NCBI GenBank assembly: GCA_034371155.1
Contig: JAXMKV010000017.1
Span: 13,371-77,370 of the forward strand
Length of the DNA stretch: 64,000 bases
Source: Gallionella sp.
Lineage (GTDB): Bacteria; Pseudomonadota; Gammaproteobacteria; Burkholderiales; Gallionellaceae
Reading direction: 5' to 3'
Positions 9,924-19,862 of the stretch are shown here, one piece after another (positions within the stretch are counted from its first letter, which is position 1; every line of letters starts with the position of its first letter). A program made the position numbers and the translations under genes. A model generated the notes under the pieces. The model was not told the DNA's origin, made no database searches, and was given only the letters and a program-made list of their open reading frames with translations.

Positions 9924-12038
9924 TCACCGGAACAAGCCCTTGAGGCTGTCTTTCAACTGGTCCTGCACCTTGGTCTTGATCTCTTCCTTCTTGGCTTCGA
10001 CCTTCTGCTTCGCGGCCTCGCCTACCATCGCGCCGAAGTCCAACGTGTACTTCAGGTCGGCGAACGGGCCGCTAACGCGCACCGGGACAGTGAGGCCGCC
10101 GACTGCGTCCTTGCCGCCCTGGCCTTCCAGCGTTCTCGCCAGCGTGGCCTTGGCGAGGTAGTTCATGCTATCGCGGCCGATGTCGATGTCACCGTTGCCG
10201 GAGAGGCGCAGCAGCGGCGATTTCAGCGACAGGTCGTCGTTGTGCGCGACGCCGTTGTTCACCTTGAAGCTGGCCTTGAGTTCGCTGAAGTCGGTTTTCT
10301 CGCTGCTGTCGGCGGACGTGGTCTGCGAGGTTCCCTTACCTAACATGCCTTGCGCGTCGCGCAGCTTCTTCGCGATGTTGATGCCTTTGATCGCACCGTC
10401 GGCGAGGTTCAACGACATCGTGCCATTCAGTGCCTTCTTCATCGCGCTCACGGTATCACCGCGCATCGTCAGGTTCATACCGACGTTGCCTCGGCCTTCC
10501 AGCGTATCGAAGTCGGCGGCATCCTTGGTAAGCTGAGCGATGTCGACGCCGTTCAGCGTCTGGTTGACCGCGATCACCGGCGTGGCCTGAGCGTTGACGC
10601 TGATGCTGCCGTTGACGCTGCCCTTGTACAGATTGGCCGACAGCGGGGCGACGTTGAGCTGGCCGTTGCGCGCCTTCATCTCAAGTTTCAGGTTGCTGGT
10701 CTTCACGTTCGCGACCTTCAACGCACCGATGCGCAAGCTGCCTTCGAGGTTCAGCGTGCGCAGCGCTGACAAATCGATAGGCTGCTCCGGCCCGCTCTCC
10801 TTCGGCGCTTCGGCGGCCTTCTTCGGCATGTAAAGATCGGCATCGAACTGGTCTACGTCAACGTCGAAGCGGATCGCCGGATCGGCGAAGCCGTTCACAG
10901 CGACCTTGGCCTTCACCTGACTTTGCAGCAGCAGCCCCGCCAGTTCGACATCGACATGCTCCATGTCCGCGTTGAATGCGAAGCTGCCCTTCATCTCGCT
11001 CTTGACCTGCTTGCCGGGCAGCGCGTCGCCCTTGGCGTCGAACGACAGCGTGAGCGCCTTGCTGCCGAACGCGCGCGCGTTGCCTTGTATCGACGGCAAT
11101 GCGAGTGTGGCGGTGATGTCGTTCGCGCCGTTCAGGCGTGCGGAAAGCGTGAGCTTGTCGCCGCTAAAGCTATCCTTCGTCACTGCGATTTTCGGCGCAT
11201 CGAGTGCGACTTCGAACGCGTCCTTGCCCTTGGTGCCGCTGGCCTTCACCGAGAAGTTCTGAGTACCGTACTGCTGCGCGGAAACATCGGCGCTCACGTC
11301 GCCACCCGCTTGCAGCTTGAGCCCGCTGATGTCCAGCGCGCTACCGCTGGCTTGCATATCCAGACCTTCCAGCTTGTAGAGCTGCTTGTCGAGATCGAAG
11401 GTCAGCGTGGTCTTCAGTTGGGTGGCGATGTCCAGCTTGGGCTGGTTGGCCTGCACGGCAGCCGACAGATCTATCTTGCTCGGCACGCCGTTGGCGATGC
11501 GCCCGGTGTGCAGGTTGAAATCCTTGATCGCGTATTGCGCGCCCGTGCCCTCGTCGCGATAAGTCAGCGCGGTCTTCTCGATGGAGACTGCGGCGATGTC
11601 GAACTCGACTTGCTTCTTCGGCTCGGTCTTCTGCTCGCTTTTGGACAGCAGGTCATCGATGTTGGTCGTGCCGTCACGGCGTTTGATCAGCGTCGCCTGC
11701 AAGCCGCTGATCGCAACCTCGTCGACGACCGCCTTGCCGGAGAACAGCGGCATCAACGCCAGCGAGACGCGCGCCGATTCGATGGCCGCGAACTGCTCTG
11801 CACTCTTGAATTCCGACAGGGATACCTTGCCGAGATTCGCACCGATGTTGGGGAAGAACGACAGCGTGATGTCGCCATCCAGACGCAGGTCGCGCTGCTT
11901 GCTGTCCTTGACCGCCTTGACGATCTCGTCCTTGTAATCGTTCGGATCGAAGGTCGCGGCGAGATAGGCCGCACCGGCAATGGCGATGCCGACCACGGAA
12001 CCCGTGCCGATCAGGGTGTACTTGAGTATCTTGTTCAT
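9924..12038 (-). CDS. asmA: AsmA family protein
   Basis: N-terminal anchor, FDPNDYK motif, beta-rich body and C-terminal TDFSELKASF...LLRLSGNG. Confidence 0.9.
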   Translation of the reverse strand: MNKILKYTLIGTGSVVGIAIAGAAYLAATFDPNDYKDEIVKAVKDSKQRDLRLDGDITLSFFPNIGANLGKVSLSEFKSAEQFAAIESARVSLALMPLFSGKAVVDEVAISGLQATLIKRRDGTTNIDDLLSKSEQKTEPKKQVEFDIAAVSIEKTALTYRDEGTGAQYAIKDFNLHTGRIANGVPSKIDLSAAVQANQPKLDIATQLKTTLTFDLDKQLYKLEGLDMQASGSALDISGLKLQAGGDVSADVSAQQYGTQNFSVKASGTKGKDAFEVALDAPKIAVTKDSFSGDKLTLSARLNGANDITATLALPSIQGNARAFGSKALTLSFDAKGDALPGKQVKSEMKGSFAFNADMEHVDVELAGLLLQSQVKAKVAVNGFADPAIRFDVDVDQFDADLYMPKKAAEAPKESGPEQPIDLSALRTLNLEGSLRIGALKVANVKTSNLKLEMKARNGQLNVAPLSANLYKGSVNGSISVNAQATPVIAVNQTLNGVDIAQLTKDAADFDTLEGRGNVGMNLTMRGDTVSAMKKALNGTMSLNLADGAIKGINIAKKLRDAQGMLGKGTSQTTSADSSEKTDFSELKASFKVNNGVAHNDDLSLKSPLLRLSGNGDIDIGRDSMNYLAKATLARTLEGQGGKDAVGGLTVPVRVSGPFADLKYTLDFGAMVGEAAKQKVEAKKEEIKTKVQDQLKDSLKGLFR

Positions 12039-12105
12039 GATCGCCTCGCAAAAAATTTAGGGAGCGATTATAGCGGAGTGGGGGCAGATGCCCCCTCGGC
12101 TTAAA

Positions 12106-13497
12106 TCAGATCACCTTGGAATACCGCGCATGTTCGGTACGCGTCCGCAAGTACTTGTCAAACACCATGCAGATGTTGCGGATCAGCATGCGGCCCTTGG
12201 GAGTGACAACGATGCGTTGCGGCGACAGTTCCAGCAGGCCTTCGCGTTCGTATTCTTCCAATTCCGGTCGTTCGGTGGCGAAATAGTTGTCGAAGTCGAT
12301 TTTGAACTCGCGCTCGAACGCCGGCTTGTCGAGCTCGAAGTGGCACATCAGTGCCTGAATGATTTCGCGACGGATCATGTCGTCATGGTCCAGCACGATG
12401 CCGCGCATGACCGGCAGTTGGTCTTTGTCGAGTGCGTCGTAGTATTGCTCCAATTCGCGGAAGTTTCCGCTGTAGGTCGGGCCAACTTTGCCGATGGCGC
12501 TGACGCCGAGCGCGACTAGGTCGCAATCAGCGTGAGTGGAATAACCCTGAAAGTTGCGGTGCAGCATGCCCTGACGCTGGGCGACGGCGAGCTCGTCTTC
12601 CGGCTTGGCGAAGTGGTCCATTCCGATGTAGACATAGCCTGCACCAGTCAGCTTGTTCACCGCCATGCTGAGGATGTCGAGCTTCATCTGCCCGCTCGGC
12701 AGGTCGGCTTCGTTGATGCGACGCTGCGGCATGAAAAGGGTCGGCATGTGCGCGTAGTTGTAGATCGAGAGGCGGTCCGGGTTCGCGGCGATGATGCGGT
12801 CCAGCGTGCGGCCGAAGCCTTCCAGCGTCTGCTTGGGCAGGCCGTAGATCAGGTCGATGCTGACCGACGTGAAGCCGTTGGCGCGCGCGGCGGCGATGAT
12901 GCGCAGCGTCTCTTCCTCGCTCTGGATGCGGTTGACCGCCTTCTGCACCGTCTCGTCGAAGTCCTGCACGCCGATGCTGATGCGGTTGAAGCCGGTCTGG
13001 CCCAGCAGTGCGATGGTGTCGTCGCTGACCTTGCGCGGGTCGATCTCGATGGAGTATTCGCCGTCCGGCACCATTTTGAAGTGTTTGGCTATAGCCGCCA
13101 TCACCTCGCGGATCTCGTCGTCGGACAAAAAGGTCGGTGTGCCGCCGCCGAAGTGCAGTTGCTCCAAGGGCTGGTCCGGCCCGAGCAACTCGGCCTGCAT
13201 CGCCATTTCCTTGATCAGATAGCGCACGTATTCGGCAGACTTGCTACGATCCTTGGTGATGACCTTGTTGCAGGCGCAGTAGAAGCACAGCGTGTTGCAG
13301 AACGGAATATGGATATACAGCGACAGCGGGCCACCGCCGGCGGCGCGGCGCTGGGCAACCCAGTGCTTGTAGCTGTCGGCGTTGAAGTCCTTGGCGAAAC
13401 GGTCGGCGGTCGGATAGGAGGTGTAGCGCGGGCCATTCTTGTCCAACCGGCGTATCAGTTCCAAGTCTACGACCAATTGGTTGACTGCATTTTCCAT
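12106..13497 (-). CDS. hemN: Oxygen-independent coproporphyrinogen III oxidase
   Basis: GPRYTSYPTA, radical-SAM CNTLCFYC and LHRNFQGY. True start is ATG 13497 (MENAVNQ); the track's 625-aa ORF is over-extended. Confidence 0.95.
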   Translation of the reverse strand: MENAVNQLVVDLELIRRLDKNGPRYTSYPTADRFAKDFNADSYKHWVAQRRAAGGGPLSLYIHIPFCNTLCFYCACNKVITKDRSKSAEYVRYLIKEMAMQAELLGPDQPLEQLHFGGGTPTFLSDDEIREVMAAIAKHFKMVPDGEYSIEIDPRKVSDDTIALLGQTGFNRISIGVQDFDETVQKAVNRIQSEEETLRIIAAARANGFTSVSIDLIYGLPKQTLEGFGRTLDRIIAANPDRLSIYNYAHMPTLFMPQRRINEADLPSGQMKLDILSMAVNKLTGAGYVYIGMDHFAKPEDELAVAQRQGMLHRNFQGYSTHADCDLVALGVSAIGKVGPTYSGNFRELEQYYDALDKDQLPVMRGIVLDHDDMIRREIIQALMCHFELDKPAFEREFKIDFDNYFATERPELEEYEREGLLELSPQRIVVTPKGRMLIRNICMVFDKYLRTRTEHARYSKVI

Positions 13498-13650
13498 AAA
13501 ATCTCCCCAAAAAACGGCCCGCATTATGCCATTTAGTGGCCTCCATTGCTTCATCGACGGAGTGCGTCGTATTGTCTCATTCCCATCACGCTGCAAAATC
13601 GGTATGCTGCGCAGCGTTGGCAACATATAAAACCATATCAGGAGGAGACT

Positions 13651-14157
13651 ATGCATCAACAGTTCGAGGTATCGCCCGACGAATCCAAACGGGCCAAGTG
13701 GCCTCATGAGATTTTCCTCATCAATCTGGTGTTCAACCATATTCTGGTGTTCGCCTCCACTTTCGGCGTGTTCAGCACCTTTCCATTGATGGTGTTGATT
13801 GTGCCGATCACTTCGTTCGCGATCACCGGTTACATCATCATCAAGGCGAAACAGATCGCAAGAAGCGATGAAACCTATTTCGTCAAATCTCACTGGATCA
13901 TCGCCGACAAACGCAACCAGCATTTCATGTGGCTGCTCACCATCACTTGCGTGATCGTCGGCGGCGGTTACTTCTTGTCCCAAATGATGGGTTGGTCAAA
14001 AATCGCCACTATCGCCCTTCTTGGCGGTGTGGGACTGCTGCCGTTCATGGTTTCCCTGCTGGTGCTGATCGTACTCGGCAATGACTCGATGTATCAGGCT
14101 CGGCACGGCAAACTGCCGAAACGTTTCGCCCCCGCCGAAACCGCTTCAGCCCAGTAA
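13651..14157 (+). CDS. Hypothetical integral membrane protein (about 4 TM, possibly DUF4870-like)
   Basis: ATG 13651 follows AGGAGGAG. Four hydrophobic segments and an SHW..A.KR motif after TM2. Confidence 0.7.
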   Translation: MHQQFEVSPDESKRAKWPHEIFLINLVFNHILVFASTFGVFSTFPLMVLIVPITSFAITGYIIIKAKQIARSDETYFVKSHWIIADKRNQHFMWLLTITCVIVGGGYFLSQMMGWSKIATIALLGGVGLLPFMVSLLVLIVLGNDSMYQARHGKLPKRFAPAETASAQ

Positions 14158-14163
14158 CTCCCT

Positions 14164-14847
14164 ATGCACATGAAGACAGAAAACAAGATATACCTGATCG
14201 TCGCTTCCGTTTCCATCCTGTTGATGGTCGGCTCCTTCTTCCTGCCTGCCGAGCCCGGCAAAATGGATGACATGCCTTGGCATATCGAGTCCCCGACCGC
14301 AGGCAGCCTGCGTGTGTTCGGGCTAACGCTGGGACAGTCCAATACCAATGATGCCGAGCGAAAATTTAAGGAAGAAGCCAAACCCAGCCTGTTCAAAGCA
14401 CCCAACGGAGCGTTGGGTGCTGAAGTCTTTTTCGAGCAGGTAAACCTGGCTGGCTTGCGCTCCAAAATCGTGCTAACCATAGCTGTTCCCGAAGCCGACT
14501 TGAAGAGCATGTACGAACGCGGCTTGCGCATCAGCGCCACCGGCAGCGGCAAGAAGATCACGCTGACTTCGGATGACATCGTGGTGCTGCGAACCTTGCC
14601 GATCAGCAGCCTGACCTACATACCGGGATTCGGGGTAGAGGACGAAATGTTTTTGCGTCGTTTCGGCCCGCCCACCCAGCGGATCAAAGAAAAACAAAGT
14701 GGCGCAATCCACTGGTTATACCCGCAAAAGGGGCTCGACATCACACTGGGTGGCAACGACAAACCGTTGCTGCAATATATCGCCCCCAAAGAATTCGACA
14801 GGCTGATGCAACCCCTGCTACTGAACGGGGAAGTCCTCAGTCAGTAA
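14164..14847 (+). CDS. Hypothetical N-terminally anchored periplasmic protein
   Basis: One N-terminal TM then a soluble domain; starts 6 bp after the preceding gene. Confidence 0.75.
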   Translation: MHMKTENKIYLIVASVSILLMVGSFFLPAEPGKMDDMPWHIESPTAGSLRVFGLTLGQSNTNDAERKFKEEAKPSLFKAPNGALGAEVFFEQVNLAGLRSKIVLTIAVPEADLKSMYERGLRISATGSGKKITLTSDDIVVLRTLPISSLTYIPGFGVEDEMFLRRFGPPTQRIKEKQSGAIHWLYPQKGLDITLGGNDKPLLQYIAPKEFDRLMQPLLLNGEVLSQ

Positions 14848-15037
14848 TCTTTTTTCCCGCACCTTGCCGCCGGCTGGCGGGGTGAGGCATCATGTCCTCG
14901 TCGTCATCCATCAGAATGCGGCCGCCGCTGCCTTCCATGTCTTCATACTGCCCCTTTCTGACCGCAAATATCAGCACCACAACGAGCAGAATACCGAAGA
15001 TCATCATGCCTGGAATCAGGCTGTAAATCACGTCCAT
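14837..15037 (-). CDS. ccoS: cbb3 oxidase maturation protein
   Basis: LIPGMM...AVRKGQYEDMEG..RILMDDD, directly after ccoI. Confidence 0.92.
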   Translation of the reverse strand: MDVIYSLIPGMMIFGILLVVVLIFAVRKGQYEDMEGSGGRILMDDDEDMMPHPASRRQGAGKKITD

Positions 15038-15039
15038 GT

Positions 15040-17499
15040 TTATTCCTCTTTTTTGAACAGGGTGCGGATACGCGCCGCATTGCCGATCACAACCAGCGAA
15101 CTGATCGGCATGGTGATAGCTGCCACCAGCGGACTGACCTTGGCCATCATCGCCAACGGCACCATGATAGCGTTATAGACAAAGGATAAGCCGATATTCT
15201 GTTTGATAGTGCGCAACGTGCGGCGCGACAGCAGCGTGGCCAGCCGCACCTTGTCCAATTCGCTGTGCATCAGCACGATATCGGCGCTTTCCACCGATAC
15301 ATCTGTACCCGAGCCAAGGGCGATACCCACGTCTGCCCGGATCAAAGCGGGTGCATCGTTGATCCCGTCGCCCACCATTGCCACTATCGCGCCCTGTTCC
15401 TGCAATTTCCGAATCGCCTGATCCTTGTCTTGCGGCAACACTTCCGCGATAACTTCCATACCGCCCAGTTGCCGCGCGATCGCCTCCGCCACCGGCCTGC
15501 GGTCTCCGGAAAGCAGGGTCATAGCGATGCCGGCCCGGCGCAACTCACTCACCAGTTGCTGCGCATCCGCGCGCAACTTGTCCGCCAGCGCCAGCACTGC
15601 CACATGAGCGCCACCGGATGCGACGTGCACACAACTCATCGCCTGCCCTTCCAGATCGTGCGCATGCGACAGCAACAGGGCATCCAGCTCCACACCCTGT
15701 CGGGTCAGCCACTCCGCGCTACCCAGCAATATGGGACACCCGGCGATGTCAGCTTGCACCCCCAAACCCGCTGTCACGTGAAAATTCTCCACGGGAACGT
15801 CACGGTAACCCAGTTGCTGCCTTTCCGCCTCACTGACAACCGCCTTGGCGATGCTGTGTTCGCTGTAGCGCTCCACTGCTGCCGCATTACGTATCACTTC
15901 GGTGAGTTCGACGCCCCTGACGGTATGAACTTGCGCCACACTCATTTTCCCCTCGGTCAGCGTGCCTGTTTTATCAAAGACGAAATGGTTCACCTTGGAC
16001 AAGGTTTCCAGCACCAGACCATTCTTGACCAAAATGCCGTGCTTTGCGCCCAAGCCGGATGCCACCGCAATCGACATCGGTGTGGCCATACCCAACGCGC
16101 ACGGGCAGGTAATGATCAGAACCGATGTCGCCGCCATCAGGGCAATCTCGAAATCGTGCGCATTCCAGAAAACAAATGTCAACGATGCGCAAAGCAGAGT
16201 GACCAGCACGAACCAAGGCACAATGCTGTCGGCGACGCGCTGGATCGGCGCCTTGGAAGATTGCGCCTCTTCGACCAAGCGGATGATTTTGGCCAACGTA
16301 GTGTCCTGCAAAGTCGAGCGCACTTCGACCAGCAACGCACCGGAGGTATTCACCGTGCCAGATGAAACCTGGCTGCCTGTCACCTTGCTTACCGGTGCGG
16401 ACTCGCCGCTCAACATGGATTCATCCACCGCACTGCGGCCTTCGACCACCACACCGTCCACCGGCACCTTGTAGCCGGGCTTGATAAGGACATGATCACC
16501 CGGCTTCACGCCGCGTATCGGCATCATCTGCTCGTACCCGTCTTTCATCACAATCGCCACACGCGGTTGCAACTCCATCAATCGTTTGGTCGCGGACACG
16601 GCCTGATGACGGAACATTCCTTCCAGATAGCGTCCGATCAAAATCACAAAAATCAGATTGGTAACCGTGTCGAAATACACCTCGCCGCTCTTGTTAAAAG
16701 TCACAGTGACGTAGGCAGAATAGACATAGGTGACAGTAAGCCCGATAGCGATCGGCATATCCATGGTCAGACGCCCGCCGCGCAAGCCGCCCACCGCACC
16801 GCGATAAAACGGGTATCCGGCATACAGCAGCGTCGGTGTCGCCAGCGCCAGTCCCATCCAGTGGAAAAACTGGCGGAACTCGTCCTCGTTCGCACCGCTA
16901 TATAGCGCGATTGATATCCACAGCATGTTCATCATGGCGAAACCGGCGAAGAACAGCCGGTACAGCATGGCGCGATTGGATTTCTTGATGGCGCCTTCGG
17001 CGCTCTCGGGATCATAAGGAACTGCGGAGTAGCCGATTCTGCCCAGCGCGCGGATCAGATCTGACAATTTGCTCAGGCGATTATCCCAGCGCAAATGTAG
17101 TCGCTTTGCGGCCAGATTGACGTTGGCCGACAACACGCCGGGCGCGCGCTGCAAACCGCGCTCGATCAACCAAACGCAAGCCACACAATGAATACCCTCA
17201 ACTAGAAGATGGATATCGCGCTCATCACCGGAACATGTTGTGAACTCTTGCTGCACTTCGTCGAAGTCATAAATCTCAACATCTTTCGGTGGCTCGGGAG
17301 GCGGTGCAAGCAAAGCTCCCTCGGGCGTGCGCTGGTAATAACCCTGCAGTCCTGCCTCATAAATGGCACCACATACCGACTTGCAGCCAAAGCAGCAAAA
17401 GCGCCGATCCGCACCGTCCAGCACCAAGGAAAAATCGGCGGCGGATGAGATAGGTTGCCCGCAGTGAAAACAGACATCCGAACTACTATCGCGTGCCAT
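15040..17499 (-). CDS. ccoI: Cu-transporting P1B ATPase for cbb3 assembly
   Basis: CFHCG, CCFGC, HCVAC, CPC, DKTGT and GDGIND motifs. Confidence 0.95.
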   Translation of the reverse strand: MARDSSSDVCFHCGQPISSAADFSLVLDGADRRFCCFGCKSVCGAIYEAGLQGYYQRTPEGALLAPPPEPPKDVEIYDFDEVQQEFTTCSGDERDIHLLVEGIHCVACVWLIERGLQRAPGVLSANVNLAAKRLHLRWDNRLSKLSDLIRALGRIGYSAVPYDPESAEGAIKKSNRAMLYRLFFAGFAMMNMLWISIALYSGANEDEFRQFFHWMGLALATPTLLYAGYPFYRGAVGGLRGGRLTMDMPIAIGLTVTYVYSAYVTVTFNKSGEVYFDTVTNLIFVILIGRYLEGMFRHQAVSATKRLMELQPRVAIVMKDGYEQMMPIRGVKPGDHVLIKPGYKVPVDGVVVEGRSAVDESMLSGESAPVSKVTGSQVSSGTVNTSGALLVEVRSTLQDTTLAKIIRLVEEAQSSKAPIQRVADSIVPWFVLVTLLCASLTFVFWNAHDFEIALMAATSVLIITCPCALGMATPMSIAVASGLGAKHGILVKNGLVLETLSKVNHFVFDKTGTLTEGKMSVAQVHTVRGVELTEVIRNAAAVERYSEHSIAKAVVSEAERQQLGYRDVPVENFHVTAGLGVQADIAGCPILLGSAEWLTRQGVELDALLLSHAHDLEGQAMSCVHVASGGAHVAVLALADKLRADAQQLVSELRRAGIAMTLLSGDRRPVAEAIARQLGGMEVIAEVLPQDKDQAIRKLQEQGAIVAMVGDGINDAPALIRADVGIALGSGTDVSVESADIVLMHSELDKVRLATLLSRRTLRTIKQNIGLSFVYNAIMVPLAMMAKVSPLVAAITMPISSLVVIGNAARIRTLFKKEE

Positions 17500-17519
17500 C
17501 TACAGACTTTTTGAAAGGA

Positions 17520-18032
17520 CTAGGGTGCAGTTGCAACAGAAAACCTGTCCGTATTGACGCCAAACATCTCTTCCCCGCGTTTGATTCGGATATGCAGTTC
17601 CCAATATCCTTTGAGCGGAAAGGCGATATAGCCTTGATAATTACCCGGCGAAACCTCATTGAATGGCATAACAAAATCCTTACTGTCGTCGGCAGCACGA
17701 TATGCCTCCACCTCCATCGACCCGCTTACCGGCTTGCCGTCACGATCCGTGATGGTAATCTCATAGCTTGTCGGCACCCCCACCACCATCGCCTGTGGTT
17801 TTTTGATGGTCGTCTGCCAACCAAGCACTTGCTGCGCCCTCAATTCGCGCACCACCTCTTCACCGGTCTTGCGATCCTTAGTCTTGTATTCTCGATCCAC
17901 CAGTGTGGATCGCGTTCCTTTCGTGGCAAACCAGATGAAGGTGGCATTCACGCTCAGCACCAGGACAATCAGCCCGATGATTCCCCATACCCAGGGATTG
18001 CGCAGCCCGGTCTTGTTGCTCTGTGAAATCAT
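17520..18032 (-). CDS. ccoH: FixH/CcoH family protein
   Basis: NPWVW plus TM and GYWELHI; lies between ccoG and ccoI. Confidence 0.88.
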   Translation of the reverse strand: MISQSNKTGLRNPWVWGIIGLIVLVLSVNATFIWFATKGTRSTLVDREYKTKDRKTGEEVVRELRAQQVLGWQTTIKKPQAMVVGVPTSYEITITDRDGKPVSGSMEVEAYRAADDSKDFVMPFNEVSPGNYQGYIAFPLKGYWELHIRIKRGEEMFGVNTDRFSVATAP

Positions 18033-18056
18033 TTGAGTCCCTCCATCGGTTACGTG

Positions 18057-19493
18057 TCAGTGTTTTGGGCCGTTGAATTTTGTCTTGTATTCCGCTCCGA
18101 CCAGAGGATCCTCAACGCTTTGAACGCGGAACTCTATCGGGGTCACTTCTGTCTTGACGTTCTCGCCGCGCGCCTTGATGAAGATGGTGAATGATGTGCC
18201 GCGCCCATGATGCGTCAGTATTGGCTTCTCCGCACCGATGATGATCTGATCCCGAACTCCGCCTTCCGCAGTCACCATCACATGAAGATCCTTATCGGTC
18301 TTGTTCAACACCTTGAACTGGTATTTGTTCTGAATTGAACCGTCGCTCAGTCTTACGAACAACGGCTGGCGCTCCGGAAGAACTTTGAGCGTCATCGAGC
18401 CCATATGAGTCAAACCATAAACAATTCCTGCCAGCGCAGCCAGAATAATGCCCAGATATAGCAGTGTGCGCGGATGCTGGTATATCTTCTTGGCGGGTTT
18501 GCCTTCCAGTTCGTCCAGTGAAGCATAACGGATCAGTCCATGCGGCTTGCCGATCTTGTCCATAATCGTGTCGCATGCATCGATACAAAGACCGCAGGTG
18601 ATACAACCCAGTTGCTGCCCGTGACGGATATCCACCCCGGTCGGGCATACCTGAACACACTGGAAGCAGTCGATGCAATCACCCTGCTGCGCGACCACCT
18701 CGCCCCCGCGCCGCAATTTTCCACGCGGCTCGCCACGGTTGTAATCGTAGGTCGGCAATATGGTCTGCGTATCACCCATCACCCCCTGAATACGCGCATA
18801 GGGACACAACCAAAAACAGGTCTGCTCACGCAACATGCCCGCCAATAGGTAGGTGCCCACGAAAAACATGATTAGCACCACCCAGCCGACCAGCGGCAAT
18901 TGCAGATGTAAAAGCTGATTCCAATAGTCGAAGGCATCCACGAACCAGATGGAGAAGCTGATACCGGTAAACAGCGCAAACACCATCCAGATGAAATGTT
19001 TGACGACCTTCTTTTTAAGCTTGTCGGCATCCCACGGTGCCTCATCCAACTTGCGCCGCGCACTGGGGTTGCCCTCGATCTTTTCTTCGATCCAAGTAAA
19101 CCAGTCAGTCCACGCAGTCTGAAAACAGAAATAACCGCACCACACTCGCGAAGCCACCGAAGTCACGGCAAACAAGGTCATTGCCGCCACCAATAGCAGC
19201 AGGGAAAGCATCCAGATGTCCTGTGGCAAAACCGTCAAGTTGAAAAAATGAAACTGGCGGTTTTCAATATCGAAAAGGATTGCCTGTTTACCATTCCAGC
19301 GCAGATAAGGGAAAAAGAAAAACGGCAACCATAACGCCAGTTGCAAGCTGTCTTTCACCGTGCGAAAAAAACCTGGCACGCGCTTGGCATGTATGGTCTT
19401 GTCGCCCAGATTGACACTCCAGGTCTCGAATTCCTGGTAAATGCTGGTGACTTCACCAACCTCTTTCTTGTCGTGCTGCTCTTGTGCGCTCAC
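18057..19493 (-). CDS. ccoG: cbb3 accessory 4Fe-4S protein
   Basis: WCGYFCFQT, CFWLCPY, CIDCFQCVQVCPTG and CITCGLCIDAC. GTG 19493 follows AGGAG. Confidence 0.95.
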   Translation of the reverse strand: MSAQEQHDKKEVGEVTSIYQEFETWSVNLGDKTIHAKRVPGFFRTVKDSLQLALWLPFFFFPYLRWNGKQAILFDIENRQFHFFNLTVLPQDIWMLSLLLLVAAMTLFAVTSVASRVWCGYFCFQTAWTDWFTWIEEKIEGNPSARRKLDEAPWDADKLKKKVVKHFIWMVFALFTGISFSIWFVDAFDYWNQLLHLQLPLVGWVVLIMFFVGTYLLAGMLREQTCFWLCPYARIQGVMGDTQTILPTYDYNRGEPRGKLRRGGEVVAQQGDCIDCFQCVQVCPTGVDIRHGQQLGCITCGLCIDACDTIMDKIGKPHGLIRYASLDELEGKPAKKIYQHPRTLLYLGIILAALAGIVYGLTHMGSMTLKVLPERQPLFVRLSDGSIQNKYQFKVLNKTDKDLHVMVTAEGGVRDQIIIGAEKPILTHHGRGTSFTIFIKARGENVKTEVTPIEFRVQSVEDPLVGAEYKTKFNGPKH

Positions 19494-19561
19494 GTTCCCA
19501 CTCCTAAATTTTATCCGCAGGCGACTATACACCTAGTTTGCAATCAGACTAAAGATCACAC

Positions 19562-19595
19562 CGGATAGGCTCTATCCCGGATTAGAGCCTATCCG
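19562..19595. repeat. Perfect 13-bp inverted repeat upstream of ccoG
   Basis: CGGATAGGCTCTA-N8-TAGAGCCTATCCG. Confidence 0.7.
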
Positions 19596-19616
19596 AAGCC
19601 ATCCTGCTTGCCTAAT

Positions 19617-19646
19617 GAAAAAGGAGGAGAGCAGGCTCTCCTCCTT
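19617..19646 (-). terminator. Intrinsic terminator of ccoNOQP plus small ORF
   Basis: AAGGAGGAGAGC/GCTCTCCTCCTT stem followed by U residues on the minus strand. Confidence 0.8.
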
Positions 19647-19665
19647 AGATTTTCTTACCGCAAAA

Positions 19666-19800
19666 TTACTGACTGTCTTTATCTTGATCCTTTGTGGCGT
19701 TTCTGTATGCCATGAACAACAACCAGGCAGCGACTAAAAACGAACCTACAACAGAAATAATCACACCCCACAACACCATATCATTGTTTAACGAATTCAT
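19666..19800 (-). CDS. 44-aa single-TM small protein at the end of ccoNOQP (absent from ORF track)
   Basis: MNSLNNDMVLWGVIISVVGSFLVAAWLLFMAYRNATKDQDKDSQ*, preceded by AAGGAG and ending before the terminator. Confidence 0.75.
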   Translation of the reverse strand: MNSLNNDMVLWGVIISVVGSFLVAAWLLFMAYRNATKDQDKDSQ

Positions 19801-19862
19801 CTCGTTTCTCCTTATGAATGTAGGTGGTGCGAAAAACCGATCCGCACCACCCGAAGACCGGA

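Noticed and set aside
13498-13983. 162-aa N-terminal extension of hemN in the ORF track
   Set aside because: It is antisense to the real gene at 13651-14157; HemN homology starts at ATG 13497.
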